This document shows, in pieces, positions 40,573 to 51,255 of a DNA stretch of 64,000 bases (position 1 is its first letter; every line of letters begins with the position of its first letter). Under the pieces are notes generated by a model, which was not told the DNA's origin, did not search any database, and saw only the letters and a list, made by a program, of their open reading frames with translations. This DNA is from Nitrosopumilus sp. Its GTDB lineage: Archaea > Thermoproteota > Nitrososphaeria > Nitrososphaerales > Nitrosopumilaceae. Position numbers and translations under genes: made by a program. The stretch lies in the NCBI GenBank assembly GCA_965238275.1, contig OZ250186.1, positions 320,001-384,000 on the forward strand, read 5' to 3'.

Positions 40573-42027
40573 TCAGCCCGGAATCAAATAAGAAGGAGCA
40601 TATCCTTTGGTCGAACCAAGATCCTCATAGATCTGCGCGCGCGGCATACGATCCCACAAGTGGCCCAGCAAGAGTATCGCGCCTTGCGGCCCTGCCAGGA
40701 AGAGGTGCATTTGGTCTGGCCTGTATTTCTGAACGAGTCGACGAATCGAGTCGCGTGTTTCATAAGCCCAGCCTCGGGCATCGGCGGCGTCGCCAATCGC
40801 GTGGTTGCTGGCACCATTTGCGGGACGGATGCAAACGTACTCCCCGACATTAATCTGCTTGTCGTGAATATATGCCAACACATCCGTCGACGGATCAACG
40901 GCCAAAGCGATACCCACAGCAAGATCTTTACCAAATCCCAGAGTCGTAGCGTCCTGCTTGATAGCAACATCAGACAACTCTCCTACAGAAGACCAAACCG
41001 TCTGACCCTGAAATGATGAAACCTGAAAGCCTGCGGTCTTGCTCAGCTCTATGCCTACGGCAAACCAAGTGGGCAAGCGCATGTACCCTCTGACTAGAAC
41101 GTGCGCGTGTCCCTGCGATCGTAATTTCTGTGCCGCCCCCCGGAGTTCTGATCGAAACCGGTCATTCCACAGTGCAGGATTTGACAGCAGACGTCTAACT
41201 CTCGGCTCGTTGCCTGGAAACGAGTCGACCCAGTCAAGGACAATAGTAGCGTTTTCCGGCATAGGGTCACGGTCAATTGCCTGTACAAGAATTGAAGCTG
41301 TCGGTGAATCGCCGGATTGCTTTAGCGGCTCAACCGCTAGCCTCAGCTTGGCAACGGTGATCTCCCTCTTACCCTCAGTTACCCAACCGCGTACGATTCC
41401 CATGCCTCGAGACACCGCATCCTCATCGTTGCGAAGGCCGACCGCAGCCATGAGTGGCCGCACCAACAGCGTCAAATCCTCCTCGGTTTTTCCAAGCATG
41501 AACCGGATGTCATGGAAAAACAGCACCGCTTCCTCCTCGTCGACCATGAGGTGCTCGGCAAGCATGCGGCGAACGTTGCCTTCTTTTGATCTGGGTTTTG
41601 CATATTGCAAGCGACGCGCGACGGTGCGATCACGGCCGTCTATCATGCCCAGCAACGGATCCGCAGCTTGTGGAAGGCGGTTGGTCACCAGAGTTATCTT
41701 GGGTTTGTGCCCGCTCTGGTTGCCTATCCATAGCTTGTGGAACCCTTGGATTATGCTTGGTCCGCCAACCCTGGAAGGCTTAGTGAGCCACTCCATTCCA
41801 GCAGCTTGGCTTGCATCTGCTGAAGACTTGAGTTGGTAGCATTCATATCCACCGTCTTCCATGTACACTGTGACATCATCGGCATTTCCCGCTTTAGGAT
41901 CCTCAATTCCAATTTTGGTTATGCCGCTACCTGCATTAATCGCCCTGATTACTTGAACCCAAGAGAACAGATGCTGATAGTCGTCGCCTCTGATTCGGGC
42001 GCCGCTGGCACTTAGTCCTGTGGTCAT
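40573..42027 (-). CDS. CBASS effector: Cap4-like nuclease fused to SAVED
   Basis: N-terminal GDDYQ...DDV...YQLK; C-terminal HLFLAGPQGAILLLGH...QIYE...Y SAVED pattern. Confidence 0.88.
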   Translation of the reverse strand: MTTGLSASGARIRGDDYQHLFSWVQVIRAINAGSGITKIGIEDPKAGNADDVTVYMEDGGYECYQLKSSADASQAAGMEWLTKPSRVGGPSIIQGFHKLWIGNQSGHKPKITLVTNRLPQAADPLLGMIDGRDRTVARRLQYAKPRSKEGNVRRMLAEHLMVDEEEAVLFFHDIRFMLGKTEEDLTLLVRPLMAAVGLRNDEDAVSRGMGIVRGWVTEGKREITVAKLRLAVEPLKQSGDSPTASILVQAIDRDPMPENATIVLDWVDSFPGNEPRVRRLLSNPALWNDRFRSELRGAAQKLRSQGHAHVLVRGYMRLPTWFAVGIELSKTAGFQVSSFQGQTVWSSVGELSDVAIKQDATTLGFGKDLAVGIALAVDPSTDVLAYIHDKQINVGEYVCIRPANGASNHAIGDAADARGWAYETRDSIRRLVQKYRPDQMHLFLAGPQGAILLLGHLWDRMPRAQIYEDLGSTKGYAPSYLIPG

Positions 42028-42962
42028 GGATTCTGTTTACCACCCATGGAGTCAAACGGTCGGGTCGGCTCCGTCCGGTCAAGCACCGATAAAGCAGTCT
42101 CAAAACTGACAGGTTCGTCCGGAAACGCCTCAAGGAGAAGATTGGGTATGAGGCGTTGGGCGATGTCTGAAAAGGAGTAGCCGTAGTCTTGGCATTTCCC
42201 ATCCGGGCCGGTCAGTCTAGCCAATTCACGGTATTGATCGTCGTTAAAGATGTCATCAAAGGCCCTACGGAACAACGCCTCCCTTTGTTCTGCATTTGGT
42301 CGTTTAAACTCATGGTGAACCGCTGCACGGCGCAGGACTGCCGGATCTAGTGACTTGTAGCGATTGGTGCAAAGTATCACCAAAACAGGCAAACGCTCTC
42401 GCGCAAGACGGTCTATGCCCCTAATCAGCGCGTTGACCCCCGCACGGTCCTCGTGGTGCATCTGCTCAGTATCCCGCGACTCTGCAAGTGCATCTGCCTC
42501 GTCGATCACGAAAACGACCGCCGAAGTGGGTTTACCATGTTGCTCAAATCCACGTCGAGCAGATTCTGCCACTTTGTCAAATGCCTGCGATATCAGGTGG
42601 GTCATCTGACCTACGGTTCCTTGCCCACGGGTAATGAGACTCAAACGCAGGAGAGTCACCTTGATGTCTTCCTCTCTGGCTATAGGACTGCCCAAGCTAT
42701 CCGCAAGTGTTGTCTTTCCCGTACCCACGTCTCCGGAAAACACCATCAGCGGTGAGCGTCGATAAAATTGCTCCACGCATGGCAGGACAGATCCGTGTTT
42801 TTCCTTACTCCATTGTTCTAGCAACTCCGGAACCAAGATAAGACGGGCTTCTTTTAGCAGGACGGCTTTTAGGCGATCCAGCCCAACAAGCATTTTGAAT
42901 TGACTATCTGCATCTACGTCTGGCATCTCTCTAACATCGTCGAACAGATCATGTGAGACCAT
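42024..42962 (-). CDS. cap6: TRIP13/Pch2-like AAA+ ATPase (Cap6)
   Basis: GDVGTGKT, IDEADALA, QMHHEDRAGVNALIRGID, LDPAVLRRAA. Confidence 0.92.
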   Translation of the reverse strand: MVSHDLFDDVREMPDVDADSQFKMLVGLDRLKAVLLKEARLILVPELLEQWSKEKHGSVLPCVEQFYRRSPLMVFSGDVGTGKTTLADSLGSPIAREEDIKVTLLRLSLITRGQGTVGQMTHLISQAFDKVAESARRGFEQHGKPTSAVVFVIDEADALAESRDTEQMHHEDRAGVNALIRGIDRLARERLPVLVILCTNRYKSLDPAVLRRAAVHHEFKRPNAEQREALFRRAFDDIFNDDQYRELARLTGPDGKCQDYGYSFSDIAQRLIPNLLLEAFPDEPVSFETALSVLDRTEPTRPFDSMGGKQNP

Positions 42963-42972
42963 ACAAAAACAC

Positions 42973-43476
42973 CTAGTAGGGACGGAACGTCTGTCGTTGG
43001 GTGCTAACGCCTTGTGAAGAGTAACTTCTGTCGGTCGCCCAGTATCCGTTACCGTTTTGTGGTTCTTGTCCGGGAGTGCGTTTGATGGGAATGCGTGCCT
43101 CGATCTGCTGTTTTTTTACATTTGGTAACGAGCCCCAATTCACGCTATGTGTCAGGAACGAAAACCACACTGAGTTAGAAACATCTGCGCGTGCAAAAAC
43201 GCTACCAGATTTTCCATCCTGTAACGAACCGTCCTGCCGAACTTCATAGCGCAGGGCAACAACTATCTGATCGTTTCGCTTGAACCCATATTCTACTCGT
43301 GCCAAGTAACCCCCGGCCAAAAGTTCGGTCAGCTCTTCATAGTAATCCCATATCAAGGATTCATCTGGTTGTCCGTAATAGGCTAGCATACCTCGGAGAT
43401 CTGCCATTACCTTAGAGGCAATATATTTCGCACCGGTTCTGGTAAACGTGGAACTTGTTGTAAATGTGTTAGTCAT
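42973..43476 (-). CDS. cap7: Bacterial-type HORMA domain protein (Cap7)
   Basis: T/S-rich N-terminus, AKYIASKVMADL, GYLARVEYGF; located between CD-NTase and TRIP13. Confidence 0.88.
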   Translation of the reverse strand: MTNTFTTSSTFTRTGAKYIASKVMADLRGMLAYYGQPDESLIWDYYEELTELLAGGYLARVEYGFKRNDQIVVALRYEVRQDGSLQDGKSGSVFARADVSNSVWFSFLTHSVNWGSLPNVKKQQIEARIPIKRTPGQEPQNGNGYWATDRSYSSQGVSTQRQTFRPY

Positions 43477-43811
43477 GTCTCCCTAACCCCTGAAAGATGA
43501 CCCGAGAATGACTTGCCAAGATTCCACCGCCCTTTCCTTGGTGGTAGCATAAAAAGCCTCGCGTATGGCGTCCGCTGCCTCTTCTGCGGCCTCAACAAGC
43601 GCGGCACGATCATTAACTGAATACCGGTTGGTGACATTGTTATCAGCGTTGACTGGATCGAATACTTCGATGGCGGCTCCCGTAAGGCTTGGAAGGTCGC
43701 TAGGTGGGTAGCAGTCGCCGAATGCCACCCGTTCCTCAAGGTCGGTCTTTACTATGTAACTGAAGAATTTTTCAAGAATTCGCGGATAGTCATTCAATTC
43801 CATGCCAGAAT

Positions 43812-45375
43812 AGAAGATATGCGTAATCCACCCATTTTGCCAACCCGGCCATAAAAAACCGGAAAAATACGGCCTAAAACTAGTCGTGTCTGGTATGTGG
43901 CAAGTCCGTTCACCCCAAAATCCAAAATGACGTGCGCAGCCTTGCAGCACTTCATCGTGCCCTGAATTCTACTTGACCGGAGCTTGGGAGCAGGCCCTGT
44001 CCCAGTCTACTGACGTCTTCCACTGCCCCGGTGGTGGCGGGCCCTTTTCCATGCAGTCCCACAAAAGGTTCAGGTTTACCAGCCCGGTGATCACGTTGAA
44101 CTCCCGGTTGAACTGCGCCGCGTTGCCGTCGTACGGGTCGGCAAGACGCGCGTAGCGCTTGAGCCTGCCTATGGCGTGCTCCACCAACACCCGGGTGGAG
44201 TTGATCCTGTGGTTGTGCTTTTTTTGCTCCGGCGTCAGCGGCGTGTCCCTGGTCTTCTTGTACGGGATCTCCGGCGTGGTGCCGGGCAGGTGGTCTGCGA
44301 TTCCCTGGTAGCCGCGGTCGACGAAGGGGTGGCACCTGTCTGATTCTGGCAGATCCGGATCGTGCATCGCCTCCTCCCACTTTCCAAACGGCATGGGGCG
44401 TTCCTTGAGCAGCGTGATGTCGCCGACTGACCCGACGGTGCTTTTTGATATGCCGATCACCACCCCGTCCCGGTTGGCGTACACGTTGGTATTGTTGGTG
44501 AACTTTTTCTTCTTGCCGGAGTATTTCATGCGCCGGACTGACTTTACAGACGGGCGCTGCACGGGGCAGTGCGTGCCGTCTATGAATATCTCGCCCCCGT
44601 CGGACCCGGGCACGATCTTCTTGAAATCCTCCTTGGTCGGGGCAGCAGCTACCTCCTCGGATATGTTGTCTGCCGTCGGAAGTATTCCTGCCAGCATCGC
44701 ATCCATCACCGGAATGTACCGGGACACGGTGGTCTGGTCTATCCCGAAGAATGCGGCAAGCACGCCTTGGGCGGGGTTGTCCTTTTTGCGGATAAGTGCT
44801 AGGAGCAGTGCGTGTCTCAGGTACAGTTTGCACCGGTTTCCGGGATCGGAGACCCGGGATGCGTTATCGCGGAACAGCGGCATCTGGCCCGAATGCGTCA
44901 GAAACACCTTGGCCCGCTCCAGCATGTACCGGAACTGTTCCCCGTCTGCCAGCGTGACATGGCGGAGCTTGTCCCCGTCGCGTATTATGCCGTCTAGCAC
45001 CTCTAGCAGGTGCAACGCTGGCCCCTTGCCGGGGTTCCAGCCATCGTTCCTGCTCTTCCACAGGCCGCGTTCAAGGCCCAACTCCCTGTCTTTCTGTTCC
45101 AGCTTTTTGTCTTTCTGCTTTAGAATATTTTTTAGGGTTTTGTCTTTCTGTTCCAGCTTTTTGTCTTTCTGTTCCAGCTTTTTGTCTTTCTGTTCCAGCT
45201 TTTTGTCTTTCTGTTCCAGCTTTTTGTCTTTCTGCTTTAGAATATTTTTTAGGCTTCTGTTTTCCTGTTCCAATCTGTGCATGATCTGATCAGGCGAGTC
45301 TGGCATTTGATGTGAGACGCGATCGTGCCTGATCTAAATTTATCGATGTGAACAGGGGGATTACGCATATTTTCT
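43812..45375 (-). mobile_element. IS5/ISL2-like element, copy 2; transposase 43969-45306
   Basis: TIR agaagatatgcgtaatcc / ggattacgcatattttct, 3-bp TSD AAT; close paralog of 26836-28035. Confidence 0.93.
45087..45253 (-). repeat. 21-bp tandem repeats encoding QKDKKLE heptads
   Basis: tgtctttctgttccagctttt repeated, plus a duplicated LKNILKQKDKK block. Confidence 0.9.
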
Positions 45376-46315
45376 AATCGGCCAAGTGGGCCACGAGTAG
45401 TTCCAATAAGAAGGACTTGCATTTGAATGCGGCGTTTTCATCTTTTCGTTGCTTGGCCCACCATTTGACCAAGCGCACAACTTGGGCAAAGTGCTGCGGG
45501 TTGGATGTCTTCCGAACACGGATAAACTTAAGGTGAAGCGGGATGCTGGTAAGGAGCCTCTCACCGGTATACTTGTCTATCAGATATCCATAGTCTTTCT
45601 CATCTCCCTCATAGATGACGGGAACAACATCTACATCCAGTCCGCTTCCTCGGAAATGAATTTTCACACAATGGGGGGAACTCGTATCAAAGTCGCTCGG
45701 ATCCTTTTGTGGGTACGCCTCGCGGAGGCGCTCCCCCACCCACGGCACCACGTCTTTTTCACTACCAGGAGTTTGATCCTTCTTTACATATACTGCGACA
45801 TCAAGGTCGTTGATGGTGCGCAGGGCGGTTCCTTTGGCAACGCTTCCGGCATGCAGCATTTTGACCAACCCGAACCCGGGGTTGTCCGCAATGTGCCGTT
45901 CAAGGATATCGCGGAGGCTGTTCACCTGTTCCCTGTATTTGTGCACGGAATCTTGCGGAAGATTAATTCGTTCTTCTGCGAAGGAAAGTATGTCCGCATG
46001 GGTTATGAATGAGTCTGTCATCTACACTCCTCTCATGCATATAGGATCTTAAGAATGATTCGCTCTAGAGTGTTGTGACGCAGTGCTGGACATATTGTTT
46101 CGCTCATTATCCAGCAAAATCAGGCATGAATTCAGGATAAAATGATCGAAACTTTTTGTCTCCTACTACGCATAATTAGCAAATTGCCAGACATGTCTCT
46201 AGGTAATCGGCTTGGAGGCCACCATCCTGCTCTTGGGCGCTGAACATGTAGTACGTCAGGTTCTGCATGAACCTGAAAGGCAGTCTAGAATGGAGCCCCC
46301 AATCGCCGGAACCGG

Positions 46316-47452
46316 TCATGACGATAAAGCCAGTTCTTTGATCAAATACACGTGTTCCAGCGGGGAGTTCTTGATCATCCTCCTGCTGATCAAGCCGCTA
46401 GGAATCTCCTCTAGGTACTCTTTTCTTCGCGTGCGTGCATCATCCACATCTACGCGTCCTAGCAAGTCCAGATTTCTCATGATGGCGTGCATGTACCCCG
46501 TCTCGTCAGTTCCTGAAGGCGACGGAGATCCCTCCAAGTGCCTTTGGAGGGACTTGGCAAAGAGGAGCATCAGCAACACATCGGTGATGTGGTTAGATTT
46601 TTTATAGGAATAAAGCCTAGAAAGATAGCTCCCCTGAAAGCCATTATAGTGGCTAAGCAGATCCGATGCGACAAGTGCGTTGGTGTCTAGCGGCAAGAAA
46701 CTGCCAAGCGATTGCACTATGCTGGAGATTATGTCGGATACCGTGTAAGGCGGGTCGCGCTTGAAGCGGCCTACCTTGAACCCTGTCAGTTTTTGATACG
46801 AGTCGTAGGCTATCGCGAGATCCTTCGGGTTGGCTTGCCGCAGCAGCGTGGCAATATCGTAGATCTGCTTGACGATCTCGGTACGGTTTTCGGCTTTGAT
46901 CCCCACCGTCCCGATCGCCAAGGACGTGATCTTGTCAGCTATCAAGGTGCCTCTTGACAGTATTGTCATATCCTGGAGTGTCCCAAAATCCAGTATCTGC
47001 GAACCGGCCCGGATACGCTGCGTGTCAAGGTGCAGGTCCGCGCCGCAGAATGCGTCCACCTTCACGCTCTCTTGCCTGCCCAAGCAGGAGTCGTACATTA
47101 TCCTGTATGAGACGAAATTCTCTATCGGAAGGGGTTTTCTGGGAATGATCTTACTACACCGAAGCCCGTCCACGCTGCCATTTATGTCGTTCATGACGCC
47201 TTCGATCTCATCTGCAGAATGGCTGCTGAGGACGTCGATGTCCTTGCTCATGCGTTGTACCATGAAGTTGGGTTGGTGAAACGGCATGCACATCCCGCCC
47301 CTCGTGGTGCAGTGAATCTCTTGGGTGATGTGCTTGTGTATTTCAAAACACATGATGAACTTCTCGACAAGCGGGTCGGCGGGAAACCCGTACTTTTCAG
47401 AAATTCCGAGGATCCTCTCCCTAGTGAGCATCTCCGAGTAGTATAGAGCCAA
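46316..47452 (-). CDS. AbiEii-like nucleotidyltransferase toxin
   Basis: VEK...RGGMC...QRMSKDIDV, VKVD, LIADKITSL, KQIYDI. Confidence 0.82.
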   Translation of the reverse strand: MALYYSEMLTRERILGISEKYGFPADPLVEKFIMCFEIHKHITQEIHCTTRGGMCMPFHQPNFMVQRMSKDIDVLSSHSADEIEGVMNDINGSVDGLRCSKIIPRKPLPIENFVSYRIMYDSCLGRQESVKVDAFCGADLHLDTQRIRAGSQILDFGTLQDMTILSRGTLIADKITSLAIGTVGIKAENRTEIVKQIYDIATLLRQANPKDLAIAYDSYQKLTGFKVGRFKRDPPYTVSDIISSIVQSLGSFLPLDTNALVASDLLSHYNGFQGSYLSRLYSYKKSNHITDVLLMLLFAKSLQRHLEGSPSPSGTDETGYMHAIMRNLDLLGRVDVDDARTRRKEYLEEIPSGLISRRMIKNSPLEHVYLIKELALSS

Positions 47453-47455
47453 AAC

Positions 47456-49336
47456 CTACTCCTCCGGGAGGTACTCCTCGATCTCGTTTAGGATTTGCCT
47501 GCGCCTGGCAAGCGACCGCAATTTTGCGGGTCTTGCCAAGCCGGCATCGAGCAGCTCGTCTAGCACGAGGATCAGATCGTCATGGTAAAGGGGAATCCTA
47601 TCCCGGGTAACCTCAAAGTAGAGGTCCAGCCAAGCCTTCTCCGGCCCGGCCCAAGCAAGGGAAAGCCTCTCCCTGTATTCGCGAATTACGATGAACTTGC
47701 TGTGCTCTGTCCCATACAGCACGGCTGCAAGATCCTGCCTGCTCGGGTTTAGCACGACTGTAAACCCTCCTGCATGATCCGATATGGCCTCAAGCAGGCT
47801 CTGGCCGGCTCCCGGCACCGTATGGATCGTGTATACGATCTTGCCGTGGGTGTTGTGCAGGAACGGCACCAGCGTGGAAAGGCCGGTAAACTGAAAGTCA
47901 TGCTCAAAGGTCTCCTTCAGGTAGTCGTGCAGCTCGACAAGGTCGTTTTGCAAGGAATATCCGGGGAGATGAACCGCCTTTTCCCTCGGGGCACTCTTAC
48001 CGGCATGCCGGGTGAGGCGATCCCTGACAAACTCGTTCAGCATCCTGTTCCTGCGCTCGATGAAGGAGCGGCGTGACGGATCCTCTGCGGCCAATTCGGC
48101 CTCTATGCGAATCAGCCCGACAAGGAACAGCGGGTTCTTGAACAGGTGGAACGCCGGGTTGTTCCTTCCGATGCCGACGCGAACCCCGTTATTTACGGTC
48201 TCGACATCGAAGGTGTCCGAATCGTTGAACTCAAAATCAAAGATTGCGTCCCCCTTCCGCTGGACGAATCTGCCGGCCTCTCGCAGCAGCAACTTTGTGT
48301 TCTCGGAGCTCATTCGGGTGTCCAGAGGCGGGAGGTTGGGGTTCGGGTCCAATGCCAGCACAGATTCAATGTCAGACATGCCCTCTTTCGGGGACGAGGC
48401 CTGCCGCATGATCATCTTCACGACGGCGTCGGCAATGAAGCCGGATGCTGCCTCGCGGTACTCCGGCGACTCGGTCAGGAAGCCGGTCTTGTGGAAGTTG
48501 ACCGGGACGTGATCCAGGGACAGCTCGCCTGCCACCCTTGCGGCATTGGGGTGGAGTTTTATTCCAAACTTGTCAAACGCACTGATCAGCCTTCCGTTGC
48601 GGTACAGGTGTATTCCGTAGTCGCCTTTTATGGAGCGCCTCGCAAGGAGCCCGACCCAGCCAGTCATCCTACCGCCGGCAGTCTCTATGCTTACCGGGTG
48701 CTTCGAGCCGTCCACCAGTTTGGGCAAAGAAGGCTTGCAGGGGCGGGAGTTGACCAGTATCCGAACCTGGCCGCGTTCGATGTACGGCCCGTATCTGATC
48801 CCAAACCTACGGCGGAAGTTTAGTATCTGGTTTGGGTATAACGGCACCTTGATTTTGCTTATCATTATCTGGGTTCCGCGCCAACCTCCTTCCCTGGCAA
48901 TCTTCTCGATTTCAAAGTTGGTCCAGTTTTTAGACGCGTCGTTAAGCCATAGATCCTCGTCGTACCTTGCAGTAAACATAAAACTCGATCCCGGTACCGT
49001 GGTGCGTATGGTAAAGGCCTTTCCAAGGCTCGAGCACGCGCTCTTCAGGCCGAGCCCGAACTGTCCCAGCTTGCCTTTCTTTGTTTCCTTGGCAACAGTC
49101 AGCGCTTCCCTGAGCCCCTCAGAGTCCATCCCGCATCCGTCGTCGGACACCTCAATCTGCCCCAACCTAAAGTGCAAGATGACGCTGATCGTCCCCGTAT
49201 CGTCAAGCCGTGCGTCGATGGCGTTGTCTATCAACTCTGCCACCGCCTGCTCTGTCCTGTATCCGACCAGGCCGAGCTTCTTGATCAGGCTCTTGTCAGG
49301 CGTTATGTCGACTGTTATCTTTGCCATGCTGATCAC
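47456..49336 (-). CDS. GHKL (MORC/MutL-type) ATPase fused to an AbiEi-like C-terminal domain
   Basis: ELIDNAIDA, DDGCGM, GQFGLGLKSA, GTQI, YRNGRLI, NFHKTGF; C-terminal FTGLSTL...GPEKAWLDL. Confidence 0.78.
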   Translation of the reverse strand: MISMAKITVDITPDKSLIKKLGLVGYRTEQAVAELIDNAIDARLDDTGTISVILHFRLGQIEVSDDGCGMDSEGLREALTVAKETKKGKLGQFGLGLKSACSSLGKAFTIRTTVPGSSFMFTARYDEDLWLNDASKNWTNFEIEKIAREGGWRGTQIMISKIKVPLYPNQILNFRRRFGIRYGPYIERGQVRILVNSRPCKPSLPKLVDGSKHPVSIETAGGRMTGWVGLLARRSIKGDYGIHLYRNGRLISAFDKFGIKLHPNAARVAGELSLDHVPVNFHKTGFLTESPEYREAASGFIADAVVKMIMRQASSPKEGMSDIESVLALDPNPNLPPLDTRMSSENTKLLLREAGRFVQRKGDAIFDFEFNDSDTFDVETVNNGVRVGIGRNNPAFHLFKNPLFLVGLIRIEAELAAEDPSRRSFIERRNRMLNEFVRDRLTRHAGKSAPREKAVHLPGYSLQNDLVELHDYLKETFEHDFQFTGLSTLVPFLHNTHGKIVYTIHTVPGAGQSLLEAISDHAGGFTVVLNPSRQDLAAVLYGTEHSKFIVIREYRERLSLAWAGPEKAWLDLYFEVTRDRIPLYHDDLILVLDELLDAGLARPAKLRSLARRRQILNEIEEYLPEE

Positions 49337-49485
49337 TACGTGTTAATATAATATATATTCACAGCTTTTGATCAATCACTATGCAAACGTGGCTGGTTTT
49401 CGTTGGCAAGGACTGCCACCGCCGGCATGTGTGGGCACTCAATCTTGGCGTATGGTGGAACATTTACGTTTGCGGCCAAAAACTG

Positions 49486-49571
49486 CAAAATTATCAGATT
49501 ATCAAAATTTATAAGATTTGCAAAATTTATAAGATTTGCAAAATTTATAAGATTTGCAAAATTATAAGATT
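49486..49571. repeat. 18-bp AT-rich tandem repeat
   Basis: caaaatttataagatttg x3 perfect plus degenerate flanking units. Confidence 0.9.
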
Positions 49572-49800
49572 CGATTCGATGTTATATCCTGCAAAATGCG
49601 CCATAGTCTGTTACGGGTGATCCAAGTATGCAAGAATTCTGTACAAAACTGACAAAACCTACTGCACGCATATGCTCGTGACATGATAGTGACAAGGAAA
49701 TCACACATGCGTAGTAATCGGATTAAAGATCCGGAAAAAAGAAGATTCATCCAATTGGTTAAATCGATACACAAAGATCCTAGTAGAGCCAGACATCTTC

Positions 49801-50919
49801 ATGAACCGAGCCAGACATGTAAAACGTGGGGACGAGTTCCTCCGGGATGTCAGCCTATCTGAACTTGAACAGATACGCAGTGAGGAACCTCACGGTAAGG
49901 CCAAAGCCATGCTACAGGCGGCCATACACCGAAAGAAAGGCGAGACCCCGGATGCCATATCAAAGGCCATCGGGGTGGCAACCAGCACCATACATGACTG
50001 GTTGCTGCGGCTGGAGGAAGGCGGCTTGGAGCGCAGGCACGACTGCAAGAGTCCCGGCAGGCCGTGTCGCCTGTCCGACGCACAGAAGGAATCCCTTGAC
50101 GGGGATATCGCCAAGGAGCCCATGGCAAGCGGCTTTTTCCGCGGCACGTGGACGGCCAGACTCGTCGGCCGCCGCATTCTAAACGCGTTTGGGATCCGGT
50201 ACAGCGACAGCGGTGCGCTCAAGCTGACGCGCAGGATGAACTTTTCAGTCAGGGGAGTTCGGCCCGTGCCGTACAACTCGGCCACGGCCGAGGATCTGGC
50301 CGAATACGTGGAGGAGACGATCCGGCAGGCAAGGGAGCATGACAGGAACGGCTACAAGGTAGCGTTCATTGATTTTGCCGGATTTGCCGACTCTCCGGCC
50401 TCCAAGCGCGGCATACGGCGCAGGGGCGGCAGGGACACAGTCAAGACCAACTGCTCCAAAAAGACAGTCAAGGTAACAGGGGCCTTGGGCAAGAGCACGC
50501 TGGACATACAGTTCCACGAGTCTGCCAACACTGAAAGCGTGGCTGCACTTTTGGAATACCTTCGACGGAAGTATGGAAAGATCTACGCGATCATGGACAA
50601 CGCCGGAGCCCACACCAGCAAGGACATGGAGCGGTACGTTGAAGGTACGAAAGGCGACGTGGTTCGGTGGTTTCTGCCCCCGCGCACGCCGCAGCACAAT
50701 CCCATCGAGGTGGAGTGGAGGGAGCTCAAGAGGGCGCTATCTGCAACCTTCTTTGGCGGATTCGACGAACTGCAGAAGAGAATCAGGCAGCTGCTGCGCA
50801 GCAGGGAGGTCGCCATAGTGAGGCTGATCGATTACGTGTTCGAGGCCATCGGCCCACAGAAGGGGCCATGGCAGAAGGCGCGGCGCATACCCGTGGAACC
50901 GCCTTCCTGCACTGCCTGA
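49801..50919 (+). mobile_element. IS630-family transposase (single ORF)
   Basis: HTH, SPGRPCRL, IMDNAGAH, LPPRTPQHNPIEVEW; element ends not resolved. Confidence 0.88.
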
Positions 50920-51215
50920 CATGCATGTAATGCGCGAAGAACAGTTCCGTACCAGGATATCTTGCATCCAGGCCGCCGTCGCCTGCGTCTGCTGCAAACC
51001 TTGCAGTGTCCTGCCTTTCACGCCTTAAACAGAAGATTCCGCGGGATCCGATTCCTGAAATTATCAGACGGGCCATCCTGCTCCCGAGACATGATGCGAT
51101 GCCGATGCCGTCATGCTCATTGGAGTGCCACAATCTGCCATAGATCCAAATCCCATGGGCAGTTTTTCCGAATCTTTAATCCGATTACTATGCGTAGGAT
51201 AAAACAGCATACTTT

Positions 51216-51255
51216 GGAAGGGGCCTGCGACTATAACATGGTATTTTTAGGTTCC
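51216..51255. repeat. att-like junction remnant
   Basis: ggaaggggcctgcgactataacatggtatttttaggttcc aligns without gaps to 7224-7263. Confidence 0.75.

Larger units (their letters stand above)
43483..46021 (-). pseudogene. CBASS CD-NTase (CdnC/D-like) interrupted by IS
   Basis: GSVAKGTALRTINDLDVAVY, DVDVVP, KSFLLELL in the 5' part; VFDPVNADNNV in the 3' part; removing the IS plus one TSD restores the frame (AD-SGMELNDYP). Confidence 0.92.

Noticed and set aside
49486-49571. Possible CRISPR array
   Set aside because: Units are head-to-tail with no unique spacers, and there are no cas genes in the window
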